DNA of 60,687 nucleotides, filler included, from Blastocystis sp. subtype 4 (lineage: Eukaryota), in NCBI RefSeq assembly GCF_000743755.1. It is 7 parts of 7 records of this genome, joined end to end, with 100 filler letters (N's around TTAATTAATTAA, not from the genome) between each part and the next. Parts side by side here need not be neighbours in the genome. Positions count along the whole stretch, not along the records: positions 43,722 to 52,142 come from NW_014569176.1; positions 52,243 to 60,687 come from NW_014569175.1; 5 more parts are not named here. The stretch is one strand, 5' to 3'. Below are positions 48,759 to 60,687 of this stretch, in pieces. Made by a program: the position numbers and the translations under genes. How positions within the stretch are numbered: the stretch's first letter is position 1; every line of letters begins with the position of its first letter. Under the pieces are notes generated by a model. That model had not been told where the DNA came from. It worked only from the letters and a program-made list of their open reading frames with translations, and did no database searches.

Positions 48759-50895
48759 ATGGGACCTTGCATATCTACTCCACGTACTGGACTTTCCATT
48801 CCGTTATCGTTTAGGTGTAGAAAAGCATGGTAACGAAGAGGAACACAAGTAAGGAATCTCTAAACTAAATTCTTCTAACAAGTGACTTAGATCGGAGAAG
48901 AGAATAGATGTAGTAGAGAGGGACAATAAAGGTGGTCATCCACATTCACAAGGTGTTGTAACCCAAACTGGAGATGGAGGCGATCCATCACTTGCTACAA
49001 CAATGGGTGAATTAAAGGCATCACTATCTAGTCCTGTAGATGCAATTCTAACAGGTGATAAGAATGAGATTCCTTATCAAGACATTTCTTCCGAATTAGT
49101 GTACTCTCCTCAATTGGGACCTTTGAGTATTATTGAGGGTCTCTCATCATTCTAAGGTGAATCTCCTTCTTTGGATCACAGTGGGAAGCATAACATAGGC
49201 ACGGAGATTTCACATATATCTGCTGTACCCCAGATTAATGATGCACAGATGGAAGGAGAGAATAAGGATTTTTTGACTAAAGTATGCTTGACGAGTCGAT
49301 GTTATGTAGATTGAGGTGAATGAGAATCAAAGCGACAATGATATCCATATGGTTTTAGCAACAATTGGTCTAGCAAATCCTGTCTGTGAAGCTCTCCTTA
49401 ACAAATACCTCATTGATGGTAGAACTATTATGTGTTTATGATCATTAGGCAAATGGGAAGAATTACTTCTGAATATGTATGATAAATATACAAACAAACG
49501 GAGTTCGTTAAGTCCCGAAGAGATTGAAACGATGAGTCGTTTTGTCACAGAATGTGGTGTCTTTATTGATAAGTGCGTTAAAGCAGGCATTATTCGAGTG
49601 ACCTCTCCCCCAGAATCAACGCTGCCTTGTGATGCTTCGAATCCAGGTTCTGATCATGAGTTGGGAGGACAGTCAGTGTCAGATACCCAGAAAACTGAGG
49701 TATCGACAGAGGGAATGGGGCTCTCAGATGAGGGTGTGAGTGAGACAAGTGATACCACTTCAGAACGAATTGCTTATTCTCTTGTGGGAACAATTAATGT
49801 TTTTCATTCTAGACGCATATTAGTTCCATTTCCTTCTGTTCACGGGAGTTTCGTTCAATCAAATTGATCGTAGATTTGATAATACAGATTTAGTGTAGGT
49901 TACAGCAATTGCTGGATTCCGAACTCGTTATGGTGATGCCTGTTTCATTCCAATCGTGACCAATCAAACCACACAGACATCATCAACACCTAATGATACA
50001 AAGACAGATTCAATAGTTGAATTGGATCCTGAAGAACAAGAACTTGCTTTGCATCGTTGGCGTCAAATGAAACTTGTGGTAATGATGTTTGTGATATGTG
50101 ACCTATAGAATATTGCAATTACTCGTATTACTGGAGAAGAAGATGTACATGGCATTGAAAATGCTGAAGATATTGAGGAAGAAATATCCTTGTGTTTAAT
50201 ATTCTGTGATCCTTGATTGAATGTCAAACAATATCAGCCAGTCATGATGAATTTCACTGCTTCATTGGGAAGTGAGATTGGATGAATCAAATCAGTGATA
50301 GTTACCCCACACTCTCGTCAGAAGCAAGAAGAAGCTCAGATGCAAGCTGTATGGGAAGAATCTCTTCAAACGGTTCGACGGGAAGCACTATGGTTTCAAG
50401 CTGCATCCCGCGGGACTGATACGGATATTGAGAAGATGGCGGAATTGTTGTGTGAGGATCCAAATCGGTTCTATTCAGATTGGGACCCCCGTAAGCTATT
50501 GAACTGTGGTAGATGGTTCAGAAATGATTGAACTGTAGTCGATAGTCGAAACCGGACTGCGATGTACTTGGCTTGTACGGATTGCAATCTACAGTTATTA
50601 CGTTTTCTGATTTCAAAGAATGCAGATCCACGTATTGCATATGTAATTGATGAGAAAACGGAGGAAACTCCTTTGGGATGTGCAGTTCGGTGGGGTTATA
50701 CCGAAGTAGCAAGTGAGATGTGTAGAATAAGGATGAGAGGTAGAATTGCTGTTAGAAAAGTCTTCGTATTGTAAGGCAGAGATTAAAACAATCGCTCGTC
50801 TACGGAAACGCTGTAGAAATAAAGAAATTGGAGCTCTATTAAAAGAGAAGTATTCAATACATAAAGATGAATTAAACAAAACAAAAGGGATATAA
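48759..50895 (+). CDS. Protein with a probable N-acylation start (MGPCIS) and C-terminal ankyrin repeats (could be two genes)
   Basis: TAMYLAC...LLRFLISKNADP and ETPLGCAVRWGY; TAA followed 4 nt later by TGTTTCTT. Confidence 0.6.
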
Positions 50896-50924
50896 GGATT
50901 GTTTCTTTGTAACAATCAATCCAG

Positions 50925-51757
50925 TTAGATATGCATAATACAACTAGATTGGCTCTCTTGCAATTGCTTGTTCCTTTCCAAGAGAAATACAATCATTTCC
51001 TTCTGCTTTCTATTTTCTTCAATCAAATTTGCCAGTTGCTCACTAAGAGTGACTAAATACATAGACACACACTTTGGGTTAATGTCTGCTAGTTCTTTAT
51101 GATTCTTATTAATATGACGTATCATATCGTTCTTTCTTTTATACTGCCTTTCACAGAATGGGCAACAAAAGAGCTTCTCATGAGAATGAGACAGCATATG
51201 CTTTGTTAAGTTGCTCTTTGACACAAACCTAAATAAGAAACTCTAGAAACCAATACGATCGTTGACATCCTTCGACAGGACAGACAAAAGACTTTATTCC
51301 CGTATGGGTTTTCTTATGATAATCCAGAGCAGAAGCTGATTTAAAACTCCGCAGACAGCCTGGAACAGGACATACAAATGGTGTTTGATTCGAGTGTTGA
51401 AGTTCATGTCTCTTGCAGTTTCTTGAACTCACGAACAACCAATTTACGTACGATAAAGTGCTAAACACCTTTCCACATTTGAATGAACAAGAATATGGTT
51501 TAATTCCTTTGTGCAATTTCAAATGACGGTTTAGAGATGACTTTTGAGAAAACTCTTTGTTACATATAGTACAGATATGTCTATGAAGTAACGGTAATTA
51601 AAATGAGCCATACTTTTCACGTAAATGTACAACTGGAGGTAGAGAATCGACTGCGGTATATGCAGGAGGAATCACCTATTCATAACCAAGAACGCACAAC
51701 TTGTACATCTTGTTGTTTGGGAAGAATCTGGTTATCCTTCTCACTACTTGGTGTCAT
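50925..51757 (-). CDS. C2H2 zinc-finger protein (5 fingers)
   Basis: CTICNKEF...H..H, CSFKCGKVF, CPVPGCLRSF, CPVEGCQ and CPFCERQY, with HTGIKSF-type linkers. Confidence 0.9.
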
Positions 51758-51812
51758 AATCCAAAGACATGCAAAACAAACACTAATCCAATAAATCAAC
51801 ATAGAAAACAGC

Positions 51813-52142
51813 TTAGTCTTTCTTCTCTTTCTTCTCTTTCTTTTCTTTCTTGCCTTCCTTATCCTTATGTTTCTTCTCCTTCTTTTCCTTCTTCTCTTTC
51901 TTGGCCTCCTTCTCCTCTTTCTTGTTTTCTTTCTCTTCCTTCATCTCCTCCTTCTTTGGTTCTTCAATCACAGGCTGTACCTTGTACCAGTCCACAGGTG
52001 TCTTCTCATTAGGCTTACCATTCTATTCTTGATCATTCTTCTCCTCCTCCTACCTTATCCAATTGACCAGCAGCAATCAACTGTTTCTTCTTCTGAGCCA
52101 CAGGTCCCAGTCCCCAACGTCGAGGATACGTATCTCGCTCCA
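51813..52142 (-). CDS. DKC1: Dyskerin/Cbf5 pseudouridine synthase, 3' fragment
   Basis: [19 protein letters not shown]...[14 protein letters not shown] and a KKE-repeat tail. Confidence 0.93.
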
Positions 52143-52242
52143 NNNNNNNNNNNNNNNNNNNNNNNNNNNNNNNNNNNNNNNNNNNNTTAATTAATTAANN
52201 NNNNNNNNNNNNNNNNNNNNNNNNNNNNNNNNNNNNNNNNNN

Positions 52243-52331
52243 GGAAGCATGCTGATCTGATCAAGCGTATGGAGGCTAAGAGACTGGCTGAGGCTAGTGA
52301 GTACTACAAGAACAAGAAGACTTCTGCCTAA
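52243..52331 (+). CDS. RPL13A: 60S ribosomal protein L13a (uL13), 3' fragment
   Basis: KHADLIKRMEAKRLAEASEYYKNKK resembles the uL13 segment WK...LEEKRK...YY.KKK. Confidence 0.7.
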
Positions 52332-52381
52332 GTGGAATCTGAACCTTGTCACACTTGGATTGTTTGTTAAACAAAGAATGA

Positions 52382-53904
52382 AATTGGATTTGATATGATG
52401 ATGGACAGATTCCTGTTTGGAAGGAGATGGAACATGACCTTTAGGTTTTGTGAAGAAGAAGATGATACGAAGGGTTAGAACGGCAAGAGCGAAAGTAAAA
52501 GACACTGAGAGAAAAACACGGGATACAAGAGGGAACTGATGAAACACATGCATAAAACGAGACACCCAATAACGAATAGATGATGCCGCCACAGGAGACA
52601 ATGTATCTAGCTAGAATCTCTTTGTTCATCCTTACTGTTCATTACTGCAGTCAAGTATCGAATCAGTATATCTCGATCAATAGACACATAATGATAATAT
52701 TTACCACTCTATTTCTAATATTCCTCTCATTCTTATACTCTCTCACTCATAACCAAGGCACAAGGTAAATTCTCTACATCCACTCCGAAATCTTTCATAT
52801 ATCCAACCCACTCTGTTCCATCCAAATATGCAAAAGCAAAATACTTCTTCATCTATTCATTATCCAGTAAACAAACATTTACACTCACAGGCAATGATCG
52901 AAGAAGATGTTTCAAGGAGTCAAGACGACCTTTCTCAACGAAATACTCTGGACTGAGTGCTAACAACAATGTTGGCTTTCCACTGCGAACTATATCATTG
53001 AAAGCACATCCACGAAACTATCTATCAACCTCTCCACTTCCTTACTTCTGGTAAAAGAGGCAGAGTTCTTTGGCGAATCCAAGTCAGCAGTAGTGTTTCT
53101 TCCATGTCATTCAGGCGGAAATACTGCAAGTCTTCTTCCCCTTCCAACCGCATGATGTAGGGAGCTCTAATCGGGGGAAGTGCTGTCAGCATACTCTTCG
53201 TTGCACCAAATTTCTATATTCAATGGGATTGAACTTAGAATACTGTGTAGAGAAGGAGATGTTGAGAGACATTTTGGAATTCGTTGAATAATCGTTGTCC
53301 CTCTTGCGAATCATCCTATAGGTAACGAGTCCTATGGAAAACTACATAAACGCAGAAGAAGAGAACAGTGGATGACTGGAGGAGGGCGGACATCTCTTCA
53401 TCAGTGCTAACAGTAGTTATAGACTCCTCTACAAGTCTCAACAACCTCGATTCCCACTACGATTCAAAGCGTCACACATTTCAATAAGAGATCGCAGTGA
53501 CTTCCTCCCATAGTAGTCATGAATTACGTTATTCATCACATATTTGATAGTAGGAAAACTTTGAATTTCCAGATTCTTACATAGAACCCGTTCCTTTGAA
53601 CAATCTACATAGCCGATATTAATTGCACCATTATACTTCGCTGCAATATAATCAATGTTCAGATCCATCTCATTACTGTTTTGAAACGGCCTCTACGAGA
53701 TCTCACTACAAAAACACTTCTACATCCTTGAAGAATAGGACCCATTTTCCGTCATGGACTAGGGGATCAAAAGTATCCAATGACAATGGCCGAATGTAGG
53801 TTTCTGTTGATGAATGCCAGAATGCACAAGATACCTGAGAACGACAGTTCATGACTTTGAGACAAGAACTGTAGTAAAACCAGAAGAGGATACAAGGTAA
53901 GCAT
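52382..53904 (-). CDS. Thioredoxin-fold ER membrane protein (TMX/PDI-like); stop probably created by poly(A)
   Basis: IGYVDCSKERVLCKNLEIQSFPTIKY...YYGRKS; C-terminal TM; predicted end ...HIKSN. The start is approximate. Confidence 0.7.
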
Positions 53905-54127
53905 AGAATGATTGTTTCTCTGCCTCATTCTGAAGGACTATAGTACATAAACGTACTATAATTCGCAAAAGTGAGGCTATAGTGGGCTTTGAGTGTTGTG
54001 CGTACTGTCCATGGTGATGATGGAAAAAGTCAACGACTCTCACATATTTCTAGGTTCACGGTATCTCTGTTTGTTACAAACACAAAAACATTGATATAGA
54101 TGATTCCAAAACCAATACCCTCATTGT

Positions 54128-54502
54128 TTACCAGTCATCGTCATCATCACCGAAGAGACCACCTCCAGACATATCAATGTCCTCCTCTTCTTCCTCCTCT
54201 TCCTTCTTCTCCTCCTCCTTCTTCTCCTCAGCAGCAGCAGGAGCAGCACCAGCGGCGGGGGCAGCACCTCCAGTGGGAATGGAGACGAGCTTCTCAAGTC
54301 CTTCCTTGATCAACTCCTCAACGTTCTTTCCCTCCAGATCATCAGCTTCTCGATCTTCTCATCCTCAGCCTCAGCACCGACGGTCTCAAGGACGTTCTTG
54401 ATGTCAGCAGCCTACACCATCAAACATATCCCAATCAATTCCTACAGTGGGCTTCTCATTTCCACCCAAAACAAGGAGCAGGTAAGCACTCAGATGTCTC
54501 AT
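54128..54502 (-). CDS. RPLP2: 60S acidic ribosomal protein P2 (apparent frameshift at about 54341)
   Basis: [28 protein letters not shown], an Ala-rich hinge and an acidic tail with GLF. Confidence 0.93.
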
Positions 54503-54740
54503 CTACAGAACAGTTAGTTTCCGCCTTTCCACTCTTCTCCACTTTGTGTCCTTCACCCCCAGCAATCCTTCTGTCTAAACTCATACCTTTATATCAACTG
54601 TAGATTGCCTTTTGAAGGAAAAAGGAAAGGAAGAGAACTGGGGTGGGGTAGATTTCTATCCCTATATTTCAGATCTGTTCTCCTCTCCAATCAAGCGATT
54701 CATCCTAATAATACCTTGAATAGAACAAACACACAGTACA

Positions 54741-57700
54741 TTATTCATTTCGCGATGCCAACTCCGATGCAAAGTACACAAAAAGACGTTCTCGTGAAAC
54801 ACCTTGAATAGTTTTCCATTCCTTCAATACTTCCTCTTTCAAATCCTTCTTCACGTCTTCTGAGGCATGATCCACATTTCCATGAAGGATTTGTAAGTAT
54901 AGTGCATGCAATAAGGCAAGATCTACAATCATCACTTTGCTTTTCTTCCTACTGTCCTTTCCACTGGTCGTGAATAATTCCTGAGCAGTTCCCAGCGCTG
55001 CCTGCAAGTTTTCTGGAACCCACTCTCCATACTGACTGTTGGGATTCCGTACAACCAAAGGGGGATTGCTTTTAGAGGCTAGACCCGTAAACACAGATCC
55101 AGACCGAATACGACGAGCAGGCTAAATATGAGCAATTATGTCAAACTCAACTTGTTCCGCATATGGAGCTGCAGCTGCTTCCTTCGCTCGATGTTGCTTA
55201 ATACTAGCAATAATGGCCGCCTTCAGACGTCGTGTCCATTGTGTCTTCTGGAGTTCGTTCTCAAAGACTAGAAGCACACTCTTAACATCTGAAGTGATCT
55301 AAAGATTAGTTCACTCATACAAAGATACCAAGAGGCCATATGGAACAACTTCAGGATCCACATCGACTAATCCAGCTGTATCCAAATGGATGATAAGATG
55401 TGGATGATAAAGTCCACGTAGATTAGGCTTTGCATAGAGTAAGATATCACTAAAAAGGAAGAACTAGGATAAAGCCTTCAGATGACTCTTACTCGATATG
55501 TGAGGTACTTGCCTTTGTGTGTTCTCTTCGTTAACATTCCATCATACAAGAACTTTCTTCCTTCACACTCTTCAACACTACCCTTAACAAACAAATCCAT
55601 TTTATCCTCCACTATCTTTGAATCCAGGGATAACAGATAGCAATCACGCACAATGGTAATCAAGCGGTCCAACTGGACGATACGATCCACACTATCCTTT
55701 GATCCATCACATACACCTTCCAAAAGTTGTGCTCCTTGAGTCTGGAGTTCCTGACCACTTGTCTCTCGTACTGAAGACACTGTACGCTGTAGAACATCAA
55801 GGAAACTACGTTCAGGGAGATCCATTCTGAGTGTCCAACAAGTAATCAAGCAGAACTTCAGCGTATCCAATGCCAATTCAATCAACTCAGCACGTAAGTG
55901 ACCTTTCACCAACACTGTATCCAAATACACATCGAGTTCCAACCACTCACATCGGAAGAGTGTTTCAACCACTTCACCAGAACGACGATGATCCCAGAGT
56001 TGTCTATTCCCTCGGTATTCCTTCAACAGAGCTAAATGAGCCTGGACAGCTGCAAGAAGAGAAAGTGATTGTTTCTCATCAGCAGTCAGCTCCACAATCA
56101 CTTTGTTCTCACGTTGATTGGGCATCTTGATCTCATTGTTGAAGATTGACCAGTATACACGTGTTAACAGAGACTATGGATTATCCTTATCAATCATATC
56201 TACGGGATCCACATCCTCTCCATTATCAATCCCACGGTTATTTTGAATAAACTCATTCAGTTTCATTTTCCGTTCTTTAGGGACATTAGGATTATGAAGA
56301 TCTGTGTTCAACATAATTGTAGCAAATGTAAGGACATACACTGTATCAGGACAGCTGAAGAACTGTTGGTTATCTTCCCAATAACACTGACTGAATGCCT
56401 CAACCAATCGATCGATACGTTGGGATTCACCTGGAAGTCTAACAATCAGAGAATCTAGAAAGAATGACCTAAAGCCACAACGTGTGAGAAAATGACGAAT
56501 AGCCACATCATAATCCATTCCCTTCCAATTCGTTCCTCCTAAAAATAAGTCCCGATTTTTGGAATTACGTAAGAAGCGATAACGTACTTGACTCATAAGC
56601 TTCTTCTCCTCATCTGTAGTACCTCCATCACTACTAATATAATCACCCAGTTCAACAGGATCGAATTGATCTAGATACATGAAGATAAACTTCACTATGT
56701 CTTCGGCTGTTCGACTGATCAACTGTGATGCTACCAACATTGCTATGCACTTCTTCAATCCTTTCTCTCGAGCTAGAGCCAAGGCTTCCTTTGTTACACC
56801 TTGTCCATATGGAGAAATAGCACTACCTCCCAAATCCAAATTAGCACTGAGACTGAGATGAGAAGGAAGTCTTCCTCGTGTGGACTTGTACAATTCCGCA
56901 GGGTCTTCCTGAGATGATGGTTGATTCTCTTCAGCTCCAACAGTGTTAGAAATATCCACGATCTGTCTGGACACCATCTTCAGAATCTCAGCTCCTTCCA
57001 CAGCAAGACGAGATTCTTCAGGAGTAGGTGTACGACCATCTCGGAACTGAGCAATGTAATCACCACAAGCAGCAATCAAATCCGTAAGAGGATTCAGAGC
57101 AGTCTCCATGTTATCATAATTGACAAAGACGTCAAAGAGATACTCAGTTATTGAAAATAGATTTCGGAAGAAACGAATGATTTCAAGTTTGATAGGCAAT
57201 GTGGTGTTTTCACTACAATCACATCTTCTCAATATATCTACCTCTGAAGTACTGCTAATAGGAATTTCATCACGATTCCTATCTCCATAATGAGCTCTTG
57301 ACGATGGACTCTATCAATCATCACTTTTCTTAACTCTTACACCCACAACTGTTTGACGACTTCTAAAGCAGCTCGTAGAGTACGAATAGGAAGTGGATCA
57401 GGAACAGCCAAAGCTAATAACAGTGTTGGACATAACACCAGTCGATAGAGTATTATGGTATGAGCGGTATGAACAAGCGATGAAGGTTCGTTTTCAAGGA
57501 AATCTTTCACTAATTCGAAATTATATTGCTATGTGATAAATCATTTGAATTCCTTACACGACCATAACGTCGAAGATCACCTAACAAAGCCAATAAGAAT
57601 AAAGTCATATTCTGTTCATATAAACTTCCATTCAATCTATTACACACCTCAATCATATCCTCAATCATTTCACCTGCTAATAGAGCCCCTGGAGATTCCA

Positions 57701-59408
57701 ACTTATAAGCATATGAAGCAAGAACGTCTTCCATAACTGAACCATTCACTGATGAAGGAACATCGTTCTTCTCTGATTCAGGTTGGGTTCGTTTAGGGAT
57801 CAACGAAACGATAGAACGAAGTCCAATATTTACCTTATCGTAGTGTTGAGAGGAGGTAAGAGAGTGATCTTCAAGACGGAAGAGATAGAGTGTCAGAGAG
57901 GAAAAGATTCGAAGTAATAAACCCAATGTACTCTGAGGAATAACTTGGAAATACCCAACAATTTTGATTAAGAGAGACTGAATCTCATCCACGGATACAG
58001 AGAGAGTAGAAAGGGTTCCTTCGTATATGCATGTCAACACCACTTCAGTAGAGAGATCTCGAAGGCCTTCAGGTGTCTCCACTGGTTGGGAATCGATAAA
58101 GTGATACAAATGTTCCACACAGATTCGTGTGATGGACGAATCTCCACAATGGCATCCAATGAGCAACGGAAGAAGATTTCGTGTCTGGTTGCGATATGCT
58201 GCAGCTGTTTGGCGTATCATGGCCGAGTCAATTGATGGTTCAGTGATGGGGATCTCATCCAGGTCAAGAGATTGAGAGAAACCGGAAGGAATTATATCCA
58301 TGTTCAATGACTCATGAATAGTCTCTGTATGTATCGATTCAGTGTGTGTTTCTGATGGTGATTCTTCAGGGATCGCACTGTTAGTAAGAGGCATGGTGTC
58401 AATAGGAGTTGTAGCTGTAAGGGCAGTTGGAACAGACTCGCTGCCATCAACAGGGATCATTGAATCCAGTTGATGAGCAGAAATGCTGTTAGCTATTGCT
58501 TCAGGAACTACTAGATCAGTAGGAACATCAGATTCTATTGGAGCACGCAAACAAGAAGGTGTGAGCATCAAAGAAGACCAATCCTTTGAAAAACACAGCT
58601 GATATGGTTCTTTTGACTTTTCACCTAATGTTGCATCACTTCCTCCCACAGTAGTACGCAGACGGAATGAATCCGAATGCATCTCTTTCTGAAGTTGAGA
58701 CACCATCGTCAGGGATGTGATACGCAAACCCTGCTTCAAATAACGCACACACAGATACGTTAATTTCCCTTTTGAGCCATAGTTCAAATTGGCATCTTTT
58801 CCACTTGGCGTATGTTCGAGAATCGTGAATTCTGGAGGTGTTATCTCATTTCGATCCAAAGCAATCACAGCAATATGAGAAAGGAAGGAAGTTGACTCTT
58901 CCGTAGCTGGTTTTACAACAATCACTCGCGAGAGCTAGACTTCATTCTTTGATAAAACTCCTACCTTATCCGGTAACTCTGAAGCAGGGACTAGATACTG
59001 GAAACCAGGAGGCAACGGATCATCCTAGACACTTATCCCGAAAAAGAAGAAATACAATATCGATAACTTCAATGTCTGAAAAACCAAGTGACGAAGGTTT
59101 GGTTGCCACTGTTAATCCATCAGGGCCAATCTCTTGTCTACAGGTTAGATAATCGTTGGATCTTGTACCTATCGATCTCGTCTAACAATGAAAAATCTTG
59201 CGATCCTTCAATCGAACAGCACAGAGAATACAACAAAGGAACCTATGATTGGAAAACGAACTGGAAAATACCTTCTTCTTTGTCTTTCCTTTTATCTCCG
59301 CAAATGCACTGTCCAGATTATGCCCAAACTCCTTATCCGTAACAGTATTGATTACAACCCCATCTATACCTTTATCTGCTTCTGAAAACAACTACTTTGC
59401 GAACTCAT
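54741..59408 (-). CDS. Large ARF-GEF: N-terminal MABP-like domain, helical region, Sec7 and PH domain
   Basis: FRLPGESQRIDRLVEAFS (after removing a 30-nt intron), FATIMLNTDLHNPNV, FIQNNRGI; PH motifs FLYDGMLTK, FFLFSDILLYAK and KTQW; MABP-like EITPPEFTILEHTPSGKDANLNYG...YLC. Confidence 0.85.
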
Positions 59409-59807
59409 AATGCAAATTCGAGGGAATCTAACTAGATATGGAAAACAGCGTGTTATTCGAATCTGCGCAATTCGGCAGTTGCCGAATTGGTAACCCAATT
59501 ACCGCAACTTGTGCGATCAGCAACAATACATCGTGACAAATCTGTCTCCTTGACTACAACACGATCTATGTTCTCCCTCTAGGGTAGAGACACAAAATGG
59601 TTCATCAGACTCTATGACCCTTTTTGTTTGCTATTATACATTTCATTTCTCTTAAATTGCCCTTTCAAGAAAAACAATAATAGAACCCCTGGATTAATCC
59701 ATCTGTATTATATTCCTGTATAATATAAGAAGAAGCTGGGGTACAATTCATCTGGAAATCACTCCTTTGATTATCTAGAATTCTTTTGAAGGCTCTTTTA
59801 CATCCAA

Positions 59808-60471
59808 ATGGTATGTGTCATTTGGCTCTTTCTGTCGATTGGAATTAAATTGAGAGATTTCTGACCAGTGTATAGGGTATTGACTTGATTGCTGGAGGTC
59901 GCAAATGCGGACACAAGAGTCGTGAGGCTCCTAAGAGTGACAACATTTACATTGCTCTTTTGGTGAAGGTATGCTTCTGTGTGTGAAATGGGTTATGGAG
60001 TAGCTGTATCGCTTTGTTGCTCGTCGTACTGGAGCTAAGTTCCCTGAAATTGTGCTTCGTCGTCTTTACATGAGCAGAATCAACCGTCCTCCTATGGGAC
60101 TTGCTGCTCTGGCTCGTCACATGAAGGGAAAGGAGAGCAAGATTGCTGTTGTTGTAGGAACAATTACTGACGATATTCGTCTTGTGGAAGTGCCTGCTCT
60201 GAAGGTGTGTGCTCTTCACTTCACTGAGGGAGCTCGTGCTCGTATTGTGAAGGCTGGAGGTGAGTGTTTGACTTTCGACGAGTTGGCTCTTCGTGCTCCA
60301 ACTGGTGCTAACACTGTTCTTCTTCAGGGTCGTCGTACTGCTCGTGAGGCTTGCAAGCACTTTGGTAATCCTGGTTCTCCTGGTAGCAAGACGAAGCCCT
60401 ATGTGAGATCGAAGGGTCGTAAGTTCGAGAGAGCTCGTGGTCGTCGTTCAAGTAGAGGATTCAAGGTATAG
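59808..60471 (+). CDS. RPL18: 60S ribosomal protein L18 (eL18)
   Basis: MGIDL...[13 protein letters not shown]...[11 protein letters not shown]...[25 protein letters not shown]. Confidence 0.98.
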
Positions 60472-60687
60472 ACAGTTTGCGTGTTAGAATATGGTTAAGA
60501 ATGTTGTGTTTGTTTATATAGTTTGGTAGTAAGCTTTGGAGTATCCTTCTCTTTGATATGGATAATCACCTGTTTGGAGGTATTACCTTTTCTATTCCAA
60601 ACATGCATAAAGCCTTTGTTGGATCAAACAGACTTAGGTACTCCTATATAACAGCCTCCAAAGAGATCACATTAAGCTCTGTGTTCT

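Noticed and set aside
54627..54690. Hairpin upstream of RPLP2 as an H/ACA RNA
   Set aside because: The pairing comes largely from purine and pyrimidine tracts, and no clear H or ACA boxes are present.
59811..59875. snoRNA in RPL18 intron 1
   Set aside because: CTGA is present, but there is no recognisable C box and little room.
5861..60471. Stop-codon reassignment as an explanation for the fragmented ORFs
   Set aside because: In the genes I spliced by hand, the interrupting stops fall inside ~30-nt GT-AG introns, and all three stop codons end genes.

Overview
Eukaryotic nuclear DNA, almost certainly Blastocystis (inferred from about 30-nt GT-AG introns, very short intergenic regions and a TGTTTGTT-type element just downstream of gene 3' ends). 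The window is an artificial concatenation of seven ~8.4-8.7 kb contigs joined by 100-nt N/TTAATTAATTAA linkers, so gene order across linkers has no biological meaning. It holds about 37 intron-rich protein genes, including GTF3C5, AP-4 mu, Nop4, Vps24, Rrp45, SF3A2, Pam18, CK1, DHX35, Brr2, Mrt4, Tam41, a SUN protein, a Sec7 GEF and ribosomal proteins. It also holds three normal tRNAs, a U2 snRNA gene and a probable intronic C/D snoRNA. The main points of interest are: (1) at least five genes whose stop codon appears to be made by polyadenylation; (2) a tRNA-like gene with an aberrant anticodon arm just upstream of a U2 gene that ends in a T5 run; (3) an EGF-repeat single-pass receptor whose tail carries an NZF zinc finger and a gamma-adaptin-ear-like domain; (4) a MABP-Sec7-PH fusion; (5) a possible U2 methylation guide RNA; (6) a dispersed GC-rich palindromic element. 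Gene models were spliced and translated by hand, no database searches were run, and some gene boundaries are approximate.
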